Part shown: positions 1 through 8,600 of the stretch, piece by piece
Position numbering within the stretch: the first letter of the stretch is position 1
Layout: each line of letters starts with the position of its first letter
NCBI RefSeq assembly: GCF_000012925.1
Contig: NC_007517.1
Span: 1,320,001-1,352,000, forward strand
Source of the DNA: Geobacter metallireducens GS-15
Lineage (GTDB): Bacteria; Desulfobacterota; Desulfuromonadia; Geobacterales; Geobacteraceae
Reading direction: 5' to 3'
DNA: 32,000 bases
Notes under the pieces: generated by a model
Databases searched by the model: none
What the model was told of the DNA's origin: nothing
The model's input: only the letters and a program-made list of their open reading frames with translations
Translations under genes and position numbers: made by a program

Positions 1-1
1 C

Positions 2-817
2 GGACTGGATGTGGATGGAATCGTTGGGGAGGATACCTGGAAAAAGCTTTTCCACGGTGAAAAGCTGCTGGAGCCCGAAATCGGCAAGCAGACTCTGGCA
101 TATCGCTGTCTGGCTCTGACAGGCACCATCGAAACGGGCAAACCGATACCCCACTGCTTTGCTGTCGTCTCTGGCGATTTCGACGGCCAGGGGCTCAGTT
201 TCGGCGCTCTCCAGTGGAATCTGGGCCAGGGGTCGCTGCAGCCGCTCTTCCAGGAAATGGCGGAAAAGTACCCCAGCCAACTGGAGAGTATCTGCCACGA
301 CTACTTTCCCGAGTTAAAGGCCATTTTTACCTCCGATAAGGACGACCAGCTCGCCTGGGTCCGCTCGGTCCAGGACCAGCAGCGCTTTAGCCTGTTCGAA
401 CCATGGAAGGGGCTTCTCACCACCTTGGGGCGCACCGCTGAGTTCCAGAATATCCAAATAGGCGCCGCAGGCATGCTCTTCAGCGATGCCAAGGACCTCT
501 GTGCCGAGTATGGCCTCTGGTCCGAGCGTGGCGTGGCGCTCATGTTCGACATCAAGACCCAGAACGGGAGCATCTCTCCCTTGGTGAAATCCCAGATCAT
601 GGCCGACTTCTCCCGGTTGGGAGGCGACCTGAGTAAGGACGAGACTGAAGAAGCCCGCCTGATTATCGTGGCAAACCGTCGGGCCGAGGCCTCTAACCCG
701 CGGTGGATAGAGGACGTGCGCAAGCGCAAGGTAGCCATCGCCTGCGGTGAAGGTATGGTGCACGGAAACTATCTTCACCTTGAAGACCAGTTCGGCATCG
801 GGCTCAAGCCATTCTGA
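2..817 (+). CDS. Peptidoglycan-binding (PG_binding_1-like) protein with a lysozyme/chitosanase-like C-terminal domain; 5' end cut by the window edge
   Basis: The frame is open from nt 2. The first residues, GLDVDGIVGEDTWKKLF, fit the PG_binding_1 signature. Downstream, IETGK...VSGDFDGQGLSFGALQWN resembles the catalytic Glu plus Asp/Gly-rich segment of lysozyme-fold (GH46-like) hydrolases; this is from memory and was not searched. The TGA stop at 815-817 overlaps the next ATG (TGATG). Confidence 0.6.
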   Translation, partial: GLDVDGIVGEDTWKKLFHGEKLLEPEIGKQTLAYRCLALTGTIETGKPIPHCFAVVSGDFDGQGLSFGALQWNLGQGSLQPLFQEMAEKYPSQLESICHDYFPELKAIFTSDKDDQLAWVRSVQDQQRFSLFEPWKGLLTTLGRTAEFQNIQIGAAGMLFSDAKDLCAEYGLWSERGVALMFDIKTQNGSISPLVKSQIMADFSRLGGDLSKDETEEARLIIVANRRAEASNPRWIEDVRKRKVAIACGEGMVHGNYLHLEDQFGIGLKPF

Positions 818-1914
818 TGCCCGGAGGCGCTAACGCAACCCCCATGAGGAACAAGCTCGTCACAAAGCGTTCCGCCAAGGCGGGGCTTCCCCCCGGCACC
901 CTCGTTCACATCGGCGAACGGCACCGCGAAGCGGCCCGGGTCTCCATTATCGCCTATGACGAGAAAGGCGTTTACGAACAGGCTTCCGACGACCTTGCCG
1001 CCTGTTTCCCTCTGCGCAACCAGCCGGAAGTCAGCTGGATCAATGTGGAGGGAATCCACAGCATCGAACTCCTTCAGAAACTGGGCGAATGTTACGGCAT
1101 CCACCCTCTGGTGCTGGAAGACATTCTCAATACCGACCAGCGCCCGAAGCGGGAGGACTACGGCGCCTACCTCTTCATCGTTCTCAAGATGCTCTCCCTC
1201 AAAAACGGCAACAAAGGGGTGGCTGCCGAACAGATGAGTCTCATTCTGGGTGAGAACTTCGTGCTCTCCTTCCAGGAGGGGCTTGCGGGGGATCCCTTCG
1301 ACCCGGTTCGTGAGCGGCTGCGGGCCGGTCGTGGGAAAATCCGCTCCCTGGGAGCCGATTATCTCGTCTACTCCCTCATCGACGCCATTATTGACAACTA
1401 CTTCGTTATCCTCGAAAGCCTGGCGGAGCGGATCGAGCGGCTCGAAGAAGAGCTGGTGGCCAATCCGGTGCGCGAAACCGTCGGCAGGCTCCACATCCTC
1501 AAGCGGGAAGTGATTTTTCTGCGCAAATCAATCTGGCCCCTCCGCGAGGTGATCAGCGGCCTCGAACGGCGTGAATCGTCCCTCGTCCGCGAAGAGACCG
1601 CCATCTACCTGCGCGATGTCTATGACCATACCGTGCAGATCATTGACACCGTGGAAACCTTCCGCGATATCCTTTCGGGGCTCCTCGACATCTACCTTTC
1701 CACCCTCAGCAACCGCACCAACGAAGTCATGAAGGTGCTGACCATCATCGCCACCCTCTTCATGCCCCTTACCTTCATTGCCGGTCTCTACGGCATGAAC
1801 TTCCACTATATGCCCGAGCTCAACTGGCGCTGGGGCTACCCCGCCGTGCTCATCCTCATGCTTCTGGTGATCGGGGGGATGCTCGTCTTTTTCAGAAGGA
1901 AGAAATGGATATAG
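817..1914 (+). CDS. corA: CorA-family magnesium/cobalt transporter
   Basis: The C-terminus has two TM helices with the diagnostic YGMNF (GMN) motif, in MPLTFIAGLYGMNFHYMPEL. Length (365 aa) and the acidic N-terminal domain are typical. ATG 817 overlaps the upstream stop by 1 nt. An alternative start is ATG 844 (MRNKLV). Confidence 0.9.
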   Translation: MPGGANATPMRNKLVTKRSAKAGLPPGTLVHIGERHREAARVSIIAYDEKGVYEQASDDLAACFPLRNQPEVSWINVEGIHSIELLQKLGECYGIHPLVLEDILNTDQRPKREDYGAYLFIVLKMLSLKNGNKGVAAEQMSLILGENFVLSFQEGLAGDPFDPVRERLRAGRGKIRSLGADYLVYSLIDAIIDNYFVILESLAERIERLEEELVANPVRETVGRLHILKREVIFLRKSIWPLREVISGLERRESSLVREETAIYLRDVYDHTVQIIDTVETFRDILSGLLDIYLSTLSNRTNEVMKVLTIIATLFMPLTFIAGLYGMNFHYMPELNWRWGYPAVLILMLLVIGGMLVFFRRKKWI

Positions 1915-1923
1915 GCCGGCCCC

Positions 1924-3456
1924 CTATTTGTTCGACTTGAGTTGATCCGGGCTCGTGATACGTACTCCCTGATGGTCGAGAAGCTCGCCGGTGTCGCGCC
2001 ACAGCTTCGAGACGGCGTACGCGAATGCTTCCGTTGAGTCCTGATGGGCGTTTCGGGCGGCAATAAGGTCGTTTTCCGCATTGATGAAATCCTGAACCGT
2101 CGTGGCACCGGCCCTGGTTTGATTCCGGTATTCGTCGTGACGCTGCTCGGCGTACTGAAGTGCTTTTTCCGTCGTCTGTATCTGCAACCGCGCGGAAATA
2201 AGCGCCCGCATGTCGGCCTCGACGTCGTTGCGTATCTTCCATACGAGCGCATCGATCTGGTTTTGCACCTGCTCGGTCCTAATTTTGTTTTTGAGATAAT
2301 CGTTATAGGCGGCGGTGTTGCCCAGCGGCACGTTTAATTGCATGCCCGCCGACCAGTACGTTCCCGGCTTCTGCGCTACCTTCCGGTAGCTTTCCGCAAA
2401 GTTGGTGCCGGTCCCGGTGAGGCCCCCGCTGCCGCTGACAGTGAGTTCGGGCAATGTCTGATGATCGGCCACCCGTTCCTGCAGTTGAGACGATTTCAAG
2501 GTTATGCGGAGCTGTTTCAGGTCGGAGCGGTACTCCAGGGCAGACTTGACCGCCTGATCCTCCGTTGTCTGCGGCTCCTCTCTTGGGGGCGGATCAACAG
2601 GAATGATCCGGGTCTTTTGCTCCATTCCGATCAGGTATCGGAGGTTCGCTTCCTGGTCACTTACACTTCTCTCCGCTTCCACGAGGTCTTTCAGCCTCTG
2701 GGCGATGGTGTATTCCGTGTTGGCCAGCTCTATCTTCTGGAGGGCGGTCGGTTTTGGCCTTTTGCGTAATTCTTCGAGGAAATCCTGGGCGGATTTCAGG
2801 GCTCCCCTCTTCGTTTCCAGGGTCTGCCGCAAGGTGTAGAGGTGATTGTATGCGGTAATGACGGCCAGAACGGTATCGGTGGTGGTGAAGCGGTACCGTT
2901 CCCTTGAATCCTCCAGCGCATTGGCAGCCAGCGTTATGCTCAATTCCATCGTTTGCTTCCCCGCATTTTTCAACAAAGGTTGCGAGAGTGCGAGGCCCGC
3001 CGTTGACTGCCAGGTCGAGGTGGATGAGTCCGGGTTGCTGACCTCGGCGTTTGTATAACCGCTTTGGGTTGATGCAGAAAAGTATCCGCCTGTCGGAAGA
3101 TACTGAGTCAGGCCGATGGAGCCGGTTGAGTATCTGCTGCTGAAAAAGGGGTCGCCCGGAACGGATGTGACTCCGCCCGTGCCGGAAACTACCAGAATCG
3201 GGTTATAGATTCCCCAGCTCCGGTCAACGTCCGTTTCCGCCATTGAGTAATTAAGAGATTCGACCCGCAGATCGATGTTCTTGCGGATCGCCATTTCGAT
3301 TGCCATTCCCCGTGAAAGACTCAATGTATCCGGTAAGGTGTCGCAATGGCCGGTGCTTGCGGAGAGGGCCATTGCCAGCGGGAGCGCATACCGGACGCTG
3401 ACCTTTAGGATCCCCCGGAACTGTTTGGAGCATGTTGGCGGATAAGTAAAGTCCAT
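1924..3456 (-). CDS. TolC-family outer-membrane efflux protein (OEP)
   Basis: There is a signal-peptide-like N-terminus (ALPLAMALSASTGHC). Two long coiled-coil/beta repeats are typical of OEP/TolC, for example LSLSRGMAIEMAIRKNIDLRVESLN and ALEYRSDLKQLRITLKSSQLQERVA. The preferred start is ATG 3456, preceded by GGGAGGGCTAATC; the ORF-track start at 3471 is itself part of that RBS. The gene converges on corA with a 9-nt gap. No MFP or pump partner lies in the window. Confidence 0.8.
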   Translation of the reverse strand: MDFTYPPTCSKQFRGILKVSVRYALPLAMALSASTGHCDTLPDTLSLSRGMAIEMAIRKNIDLRVESLNYSMAETDVDRSWGIYNPILVVSGTGGVTSVPGDPFFSSRYSTGSIGLTQYLPTGGYFSASTQSGYTNAEVSNPDSSTSTWQSTAGLALSQPLLKNAGKQTMELSITLAANALEDSRERYRFTTTDTVLAVITAYNHLYTLRQTLETKRGALKSAQDFLEELRKRPKPTALQKIELANTEYTIAQRLKDLVEAERSVSDQEANLRYLIGMEQKTRIIPVDPPPREEPQTTEDQAVKSALEYRSDLKQLRITLKSSQLQERVADHQTLPELTVSGSGGLTGTGTNFAESYRKVAQKPGTYWSAGMQLNVPLGNTAAYNDYLKNKIRTEQVQNQIDALVWKIRNDVEADMRALISARLQIQTTEKALQYAEQRHDEYRNQTRAGATTVQDFINAENDLIAARNAHQDSTEAFAYAVSKLWRDTGELLDHQGVRITSPDQLKSNK

Positions 3457-3542
3457 GATTAGCCCTCCCATCGGTAAGTGGGCTAATTATAACATTGTCG
3501 GGTGCGATTTCATGGGGGGGGGATTTGATGTCGTGGGAGGAC

Positions 3543-3577
3543 AAAAGAAAAAAGCCCTCCCCGGGGAGGGGAGGGCT
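3543..3577 (-). terminator. Rho-independent terminator of the monohaem cytochrome gene
   Basis: On the minus strand, GCCCTCCCC-(loop)-GGGGAGGGC forms a GC-rich hairpin. It is followed directly by TTTTTTCTTTT and lies about 25 nt after the stop at 3601. Confidence 0.6.
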
Positions 3578-3600
3578 CTGTTTGGTGGTGTTACCGAGAG

Positions 3601-4155
3601 TCACTGACCGGCAGCAAGAGAGGTGATCTGAGCGGCGGTCAGAGAGCTGCTGAGGTAGCCCATGCCGCCGATGTTGCCACTGATGGCGCTCTGAATGGCG
3701 GCAGCGGTTTTACCTTGCTTCGAGGCGCCATGGCACCCGGCGCAGTACTGGTTGTACAGAGCCCAGGTCTTGGCTGGAACCGGAGCCGGAGCGGGAGTAG
3801 GAGCCGGGGTCGGCGCAGGAACCGGTGTCGGAGCAGGTGCCGGGGCCGGAGCGGGCGTAGGTGCCGGCGTCGGCGCCGGGGTCGGTTTGGGGGCCGGTGC
3901 AGGGATAGGCTTGGGAGCCGGCGCGGGAGTCGGGGGGACCGGCGTCGGGTTCGGCCTGGGAATCGGAGCCGGTTTGTGGTTCTTGCTCTCCTTCTCCTTC
4001 TTCTCCCGTTCCTTTTTTTCCTTCTCAGCCTTTTCCTGGGAAGCCTTCTTTATTTTCGTTGCATAGTCGTCGTCGGCATGTCCTGAGGGAATTACCGCTG
4101 TTTGTCCGATTGTCAGTGCCAGAAAGAGTACTGCCATCTTCAAAGTTTTAGACAT
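3601..4155 (-). CDS. Secreted monohaem c-type cytochrome with a long Pro/Ala/Thr-rich linker
   Basis: There is a single CXXCH haem motif (CAGCH, nt 3730-3744) in a roughly 56-aa C-terminal class-I-like domain, and a signal peptide ([27 protein letters not shown]). The preferred start is ATG 4155, with AAGGAG 8 nt upstream. The ORF stays open in frame up to ATG 4218, so the start is uncertain. Confidence 0.8.
   Translation of the reverse strand: MSKTLKMAVLFLALTIGQTAVIPSGHADDDYATKIKKASQEKAEKEKKEREKKEKESKNHKPAPIPRPNPTPVPPTPAPAPKPIPAPAPKPTPAPTPAPTPAPAPAPAPTPVPAPTPAPTPAPAPVPAKTWALYNQYCAGCHGASKQGKTAAAIQSAISGNIGGMGYLSSSLTAAQITSLAAGQ
3772..3978 (-). repeat. Coding low-complexity repeat encoding about 69 residues of (P-A/T/V/K)n linker
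   Basis: The translation reads [69 protein letters not shown]. The DNA is an imperfect GGNGCNGGNGTN-type iteration. Confidence 0.8.
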
Positions 4156-4368
4156 GTTTGAAACTCCTTGCATTGTGTTTTTGATCATCGTTGAAATCCC
4201 TTTCATCTTTTTTTTCATCCGTGATTACGTTCAGCAATGACTAGTTGCAGATGTCCTGCTCGTCATTAACTGTGTCTGTCCCATGGTTATAAGTATCAGA
4301 AGCATGGTGACAGAAGGTTCCCCCTTTCCTGGTTCTTCGCATCCCGGCTCTTTTGAGGCTGCAGTCAA

Positions 4369-4415
4369 CAAAAAAGCCGGGTTGCGAATATCTGGTGATA
4401 TTTCGGCAACCCGGC
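4369..4415 (-). terminator. Intrinsic terminator forming the expression platform of the gene-proximal GEMM-I riboswitch
   Basis: On the minus strand, GCCGGGTTGCCGAAATATCACCAGATATTCGCAACCCGGC is followed by TTTTTT. The 5' arm of the stem (GCCGGGTTGC) is shared with the 3' part of the aptamer, so aptamer and terminator are mutually exclusive. Confidence 0.6.
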
Positions 4416-4482
4416 TGTCTCAGTAAGACCCTGTAGGCTTTCCGCCCCATTCTCACGAATGGTTTAGTATTATCGACTATCG
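4398..4482 (-). promoter_or_regulatory. GEMM-I cyclic-dinucleotide riboswitch aptamer (gene-proximal copy)
   Basis: The minus-strand sequence is AATACTAAACCATTCGTGAGAATGGGGCGGAAAGCCTACAGGGTCTTACTGAGACAGCCGGGTTGCCGAAATATC. It aligns with the Vibrio cholerae Vc2 GEMM-I aptamer as I recall it (GCAAACCAUUCGAAAGAGUGGGACGCAAAGCCUCCGG...AGCGGGGUUACCGA). It has a GNRA-capped first hairpin and the conserved ACG-AAAGCC core. Confidence 0.8.
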
Positions 4483-4504
4483 ATATTGAAGATAGAGACG
4501 GGGA

Positions 4505-4555
4505 AAACAGAACAGCCGGGGCCGATTATCATAATGATATTTCGGCAACCCGGCT
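4505..4555 (-). terminator. Weaker terminator-like hairpin after the distal GEMM-I aptamer
   Basis: On the minus strand, GCCGGGTTGCCGAAATATCATTATGATAATCGGCCCCGGC is followed by TGTTCTGTTTT. The stem is imperfect and the U-tract is interrupted. Confidence 0.4.
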
Positions 4556-4620
4556 GTCTCAATAAGACCCTGTAGGCTTTCCGCCCCATTCTCGCGAATG
4601 GTTTAGTATTGTCGTCTATC
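4536..4620 (-). promoter_or_regulatory. GEMM-I cyclic-dinucleotide riboswitch aptamer (distal copy of a tandem pair)
   Basis: The minus-strand sequence is GATAGACGACAATACTAAACCATTCGCGAGAATGGGGCGGAAAGCCTACAGGGTCTTATTGAGACAGCCGGGTTGCCGAAATATC. It is nearly identical to the proximal copy, with differences only in hairpin loops. Confidence 0.8.
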
Positions 4621-4642
4621 TTCCCTGCAAAATTTTTATCTG

Positions 4643-4671
4643 ACAGTACATGATCAAAAATAGAACGTCAA
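4643..4671 (-). promoter_or_regulatory. Putative sigma70-type promoter for the tandem-riboswitch/cytochrome transcript
   Basis: The minus strand reads TTGACG (4666-4671), a 17-nt spacer, then TACTGT (4643-4648), in an AT-rich gap. The predicted TSS falls about 15-20 nt upstream of the distal aptamer. Confidence 0.35.
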
Positions 4672-4702
4672 CCTAAAAAAACAAAAAAGAAACAAAGAGG
4701 TC

Positions 4703-5665
4703 TCAGAATCGGTAGCCGATCCCTCCCATAAATATGTCGCTATCCCGATTATAGTTGGTAATGACGCGGTTCCAGGAGGCCCTGATAAGCCAGTGTGGCG
4801 TCAAGCGGAAACCGGCCGAAGCGGTGAAAATGGTGGGGATGAAGACCTCATTGTCGTTCTGGCGGCGACGGTCCACGGCAAAATAGGGCCCGAAACCGAT
4901 GCCGAGCGCCACATGATCGTCAAAAAAGGGCCGTGCGAGCCAGAGCTGGGTGGTCAGACCGTACCGGTCGCACAGCGTGCTTCGCCCCTCGTAAAGGGCT
5001 GCGGCGGTCATCTCCACGAAACGCCAGATCCCCCGCCGGTATTCGAGGCTGAGAGCCTGCGAATGCCCGTCCCCCGGGACGTTGACGATTGTCTGCCCTC
5101 CGAGAAGCGTCAGTTCGTTTTCAGTTGTTCTCTTTGTCTGGGGGGGCGCCTTGGCAAGCGGACCCGGCTTGGGCGGAGCATCGAGCTGGTAGCCTATCCC
5201 AACAAGGGCCGAGACGGTGTCGAAGCTGGCGTTTGCCTTGACCCAGTAGGTTTGGAGCTGGAAGATCACGCGGCTTTCCGTGTACCAGGTCGCGGCCAGG
5301 CTGTACATGCTCGCCAGGCCGTGGACATCCTCGGATGGGGTGCCGGGAGGCGGATGGGTCGTGTCGTAATAGTACATGACGCCAATGCCGGCGGCCAGGG
5401 AGAGCTGGGGGTGGAGCTGGTTGGTGCGGAGCCAGAGGTTGAAGGAGTTGCCGTCGCGATGGTGCTCGGGAAAGTGCCCCTGGTTCAGATACGAAAGACT
5501 GAAGGCGAAGTGCTCCCCAAGCCCCTCCAGATATTCGATCTGATAAGCTCCAGCCTTGCGGTTCGGGTTTGAATCTACTCCGTATCCGCCGAGTATGTGA
5601 ATTTCTTCGGCAGCGACCGGAGAAGCGAAGATAAGAAGCAGCATTGCCAGTGCGAGCCTTCGCAT
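4703..5665 (-). CDS. Outer-membrane beta-barrel protein, internally duplicated (320 aa)
   Basis: The start is ATG 5665, with AGGAGG 5 nt upstream. There is a signal peptide (MRRLALAMLLLIFASPVAAEE), alternating hydrophobic beta-strand patterning, and a C-terminal aromatic residue (GGIGYRF). The 200-aa N-terminal extension in the ORF track (to 6268) overlaps the upstream gene out of frame and is Pro/Ser/Arg-rich junk. Confidence 0.75.
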   Translation of the reverse strand: MRRLALAMLLLIFASPVAAEEIHILGGYGVDSNPNRKAGAYQIEYLEGLGEHFAFSLSYLNQGHFPEHHRDGNSFNLWLRTNQLHPQLSLAAGIGVMYYYDTTHPPPGTPSEDVHGLASMYSLAATWYTESRVIFQLQTYWVKANASFDTVSALVGIGYQLDAPPKPGPLAKAPPQTKRTTENELTLLGGQTIVNVPGDGHSQALSLEYRRGIWRFVEMTAAALYEGRSTLCDRYGLTTQLWLARPFFDDHVALGIGFGPYFAVDRRRQNDNEVFIPTIFTASAGFRLTPHWLIRASWNRVITNYNRDSDIFMGGIGYRF

Positions 5666-5687
5666 ACCTACCTCCTTTCGGAACCTC

Positions 5688-8600
5688 TCACAATTTCCCT
5701 TCTCCCACTTCCACCGCATCCGAATAGACCAGCCGCCGCTCCCGGCCCGAGCCGAACCGCTCAGTGAGCCCCGCTTCGGGCGCGTCGCCCAGGAATGCCT
5801 CGTACTCCTCCACCACCACCCGGAAGAGGGCATCGGGGTCATCGACGGGGAGGGTGATGGTCCCTTCCCAGACGGAGAGGGTTTTGAGGGCCTGGGCGTT
5901 GAAGAGGGTGACCGGCGCCATGGAGACCGGCACCCACCCCATGTCCCCCTCGCCGGGGCCGAGCCACCGCTCCAGCCGGGCCTCGATCTCGCCGGTGCAG
6001 TTGAAGGAGGCGTTTCTCCGGTAGCCGGTGCCGGAGACGGTGATCCGGAGCGCCGTCGGGTCGGCGGCGTCCCGGGCCACCCAGCAGATCCGGTCCGGGG
6101 CGAACTGGGCGAAGTCGGCCAGCACCACCCGGGAAAGCTCGGCGCCGGCAATGGATTTCGGCTGGTAGCGTACCAGGGCCAGCCGCACGAAGGGATAGTA
6201 GGAGTCGCCGGCATCGATGTCCAGATCGCAGTAAAAGAGGTGGCGTTCCTCGTCGTACCCCACCCCATGGCCGGCCACGGCCACGAGGGTGTCGGGGCGC
6301 TCCTCGATGGTGAGGGATGTCTGCACCGCCACGGCTTTCGTGAAGTTCTGGAGCGACGGCACCTGCTGGGTGGGGCCCGAGAGCCAGATGGGGTCGCGCC
6401 CCCACTGGCTGGCGTAGGGCTTCAGTTCGTCGGGCACCTCGATCCGCACGAAGGTGTCGCGGATCGGCTTGCCGGAAAGGCACCAGTCCCGCTCGCCGGG
6501 CCAGACCACTACCCCCAGGAGCTCGCCGTCGCCGGAGGAGAACCAGGGTTCCTCCAGGTAGAGGCGCAGTCCGCCGGTGCGGCGGCTGAAGGTTCCCCGC
6601 TCGTCCTCTCCTGCCTCCCAGCCGAAGGTGGGGACCACGTAGAGGAGGTTCGGCGCCAGGGGGCGGCCCGAGTTGAGCACCTCCGTCTCGAAGAGGTGGG
6701 TGGCGGAGGCAGGGGGAAGCTCGGCCTTGGGGGGCCGGGTCAATTCGTCGCTGGTGAGGGAAGGGTCAAAGTAGTCCCGGAATCGGGTGGTGGCGGTGGC
6801 GTAGTAGCTGACCTTGCGGTATTTGGTGTCGCCGAATTCGTGGCGACGGCCCCCCCACGGCACCGACGGGGTGTCCGGCGAGGCCACGGGGAGGTCGAAG
6901 GCGTGGGATTCGCCGCTCTTGCGGGCGAAGCCGATGCCGGTGGGCTCGCTCCAGAGGGCCAGGAGGTCTACCTTGCCGGTGCTCGGGGCGTGGACCCCCA
7001 CTGTCCCCCCGACGGTGGCGAAGGTGTCCCCCAGGGCAGCTTTGCGGGGATTGAGGGCCTCGATGACCGGCGGCGCCAGGGGCTGCTGCACTGCGTGGAC
7101 GAGGGTCAGCTCCCGGAAGGGGGTGAGCATCCAGTGGAGCCCGTCCAGGGCCAGCTGCTTCAGCCGCGCCCGTTCCTCGTCGTCAAAGGCCTCATCCTCG
7201 ATCCACTTCCAGACGGCGAGCTTCTCCAGATCGGCGGGGGTGACGCGGGAACTAAGCCGCACCTTTGCCACGGCGGCCTTGGGAAGCTCCACGGTGAGGA
7301 TGCGCTCCGTCGAATCCCAGGTGGGCGGGCCGTTCCCCTCGATCATGGCGATGCGAAACGGTTTCCCCTGCCACCAGCCGGGGGCGGCATCGAAGGTTAT
7401 GGCCTGACTTGACTCGGGCGCCGTCCCGGGAAGCCCCCGCAGGACCGCCGCGGCGGCGAAGGGGTCGGCCAGGTAGGGGACCTCGGTCGGGAGCGCTGCC
7501 GGGTTCGGGTAGACCTCCGGGATGGCTGCCGCATCCTTGGCGGCCAGGCGGTTCCAGGTGGTCGGGGTGGCGTCAACCCCCGTGGGAGTGTCTAGGAGAC
7601 CGTACTGCTCGATGGTGGCCACGGCGGTCCGGGGGGGGAGGAGGAGCCGCTCCGACATTTCGGGCGAGATGGTGCCGTCGTCGGCCGGGGTGTCGTTGTA
7701 GCTCCGGATGACGAGGTGCGCCGTCGACTCCCCCGGAAGGTTCGAGAGGGGGACGGCTGAGACGATGGCCACGGCCGGCGCTTCCACGGGCTCGAAGCGG
7801 CGGTAGGTGACTTGCGGCGAGGCCTGGGATGCGTCGGTGGAGTCGTAGGGGAGGCTGTTGCCGGCCACGTCCACGGACCGGGCCCGGATCCGGTAGGTGC
7901 CGCCGAACCGCAGGCGTGGGAGAGTTTTGGGGGTCGGCTCGGCCGTGATCTCCAGGTTGAGGGAGGTTTTCGAGGGGTTTCTCGCCTTGCCGTCGGGTCC
8001 CAGGTTCTCGCCGTGGCTCAGGCCGTCGTTCTGGATCGCCTCGCCGGGGCGCGGGGCCACCAGGCTCCAACCGTCCCAGTGGAAGAGGGCCTCGTGGAGG
8101 TAGAAGTCGTTCTTCGTGGGGTCCACGTCCTGCATGGCGGCGGCGGTGACGGTCCCTTCGTCCGAGTCGGTGATGGTGGCCTGGGGGCCGGCGAGACGCC
8201 CCACGCGGTAAGTGACGCCGCGCCGGCAGAGGGAGCGCCAGATGCCGGCGACGTCCTGCACGTCCACCCGGAACCCGCCGGTCACGTCATCGGCCCAGAG
8301 TTCCGGCGGGTTCTGGGGATTGAGGTTGGTGTTGGCCTGGGTCACGGTCTTGAAGGTGTTGGCCAACCGCACCGCCCGGCCGGTCCGGAGCACCGAGACC
8401 CCGCCGGAGCGCAGGGCCGGGAGGCCGTCGTCGTTGGTGGAGTCGGCGGTCCTGAGCCGCCCCTGCTGTCGCATCTGGAGCTGGTTGGCGTAGTCGATGG
8501 CCTTCAGGGCCGCGCCGTCCGCGTCCACCTGCTGGATGCTGAAGTCGGTGGTGCCGAGCCGGAGCATGCCGTCCGCCAGGTCCGACGTGGCCGCCGGTGC

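Noticed and set aside
3772-3978. Periodic GC-rich DNA repeats that could be mistaken for a CRISPR-like or other non-coding array.
   Set aside because: The repeats are in frame within the cytochrome ORF and encode a Pro/Ala/Thr linker. The period is far too short and there is no repeat-spacer structure.
4241-4456. A 71-aa ORF overlapping the proximal riboswitch. ORFs 14192-14479, 14267-14524 and 14250-14879 likewise overlap the third riboswitch and the protease 5' end.
   Set aside because: They run through conserved structured-RNA sequence and terminators, and they have no RBS. The regions are better explained as GEMM-I leaders.
5666-6268. An N-terminal 200-aa extension of the outer-membrane-barrel ORF, making the 521-aa version in the ORF track.
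   Set aside because: The extension is out of frame inside the 1251-aa gene and is Pro/Ser/Arg/Trp-rich junk. A strong AGGAGG RBS and a canonical signal peptide begin at ATG 5665.
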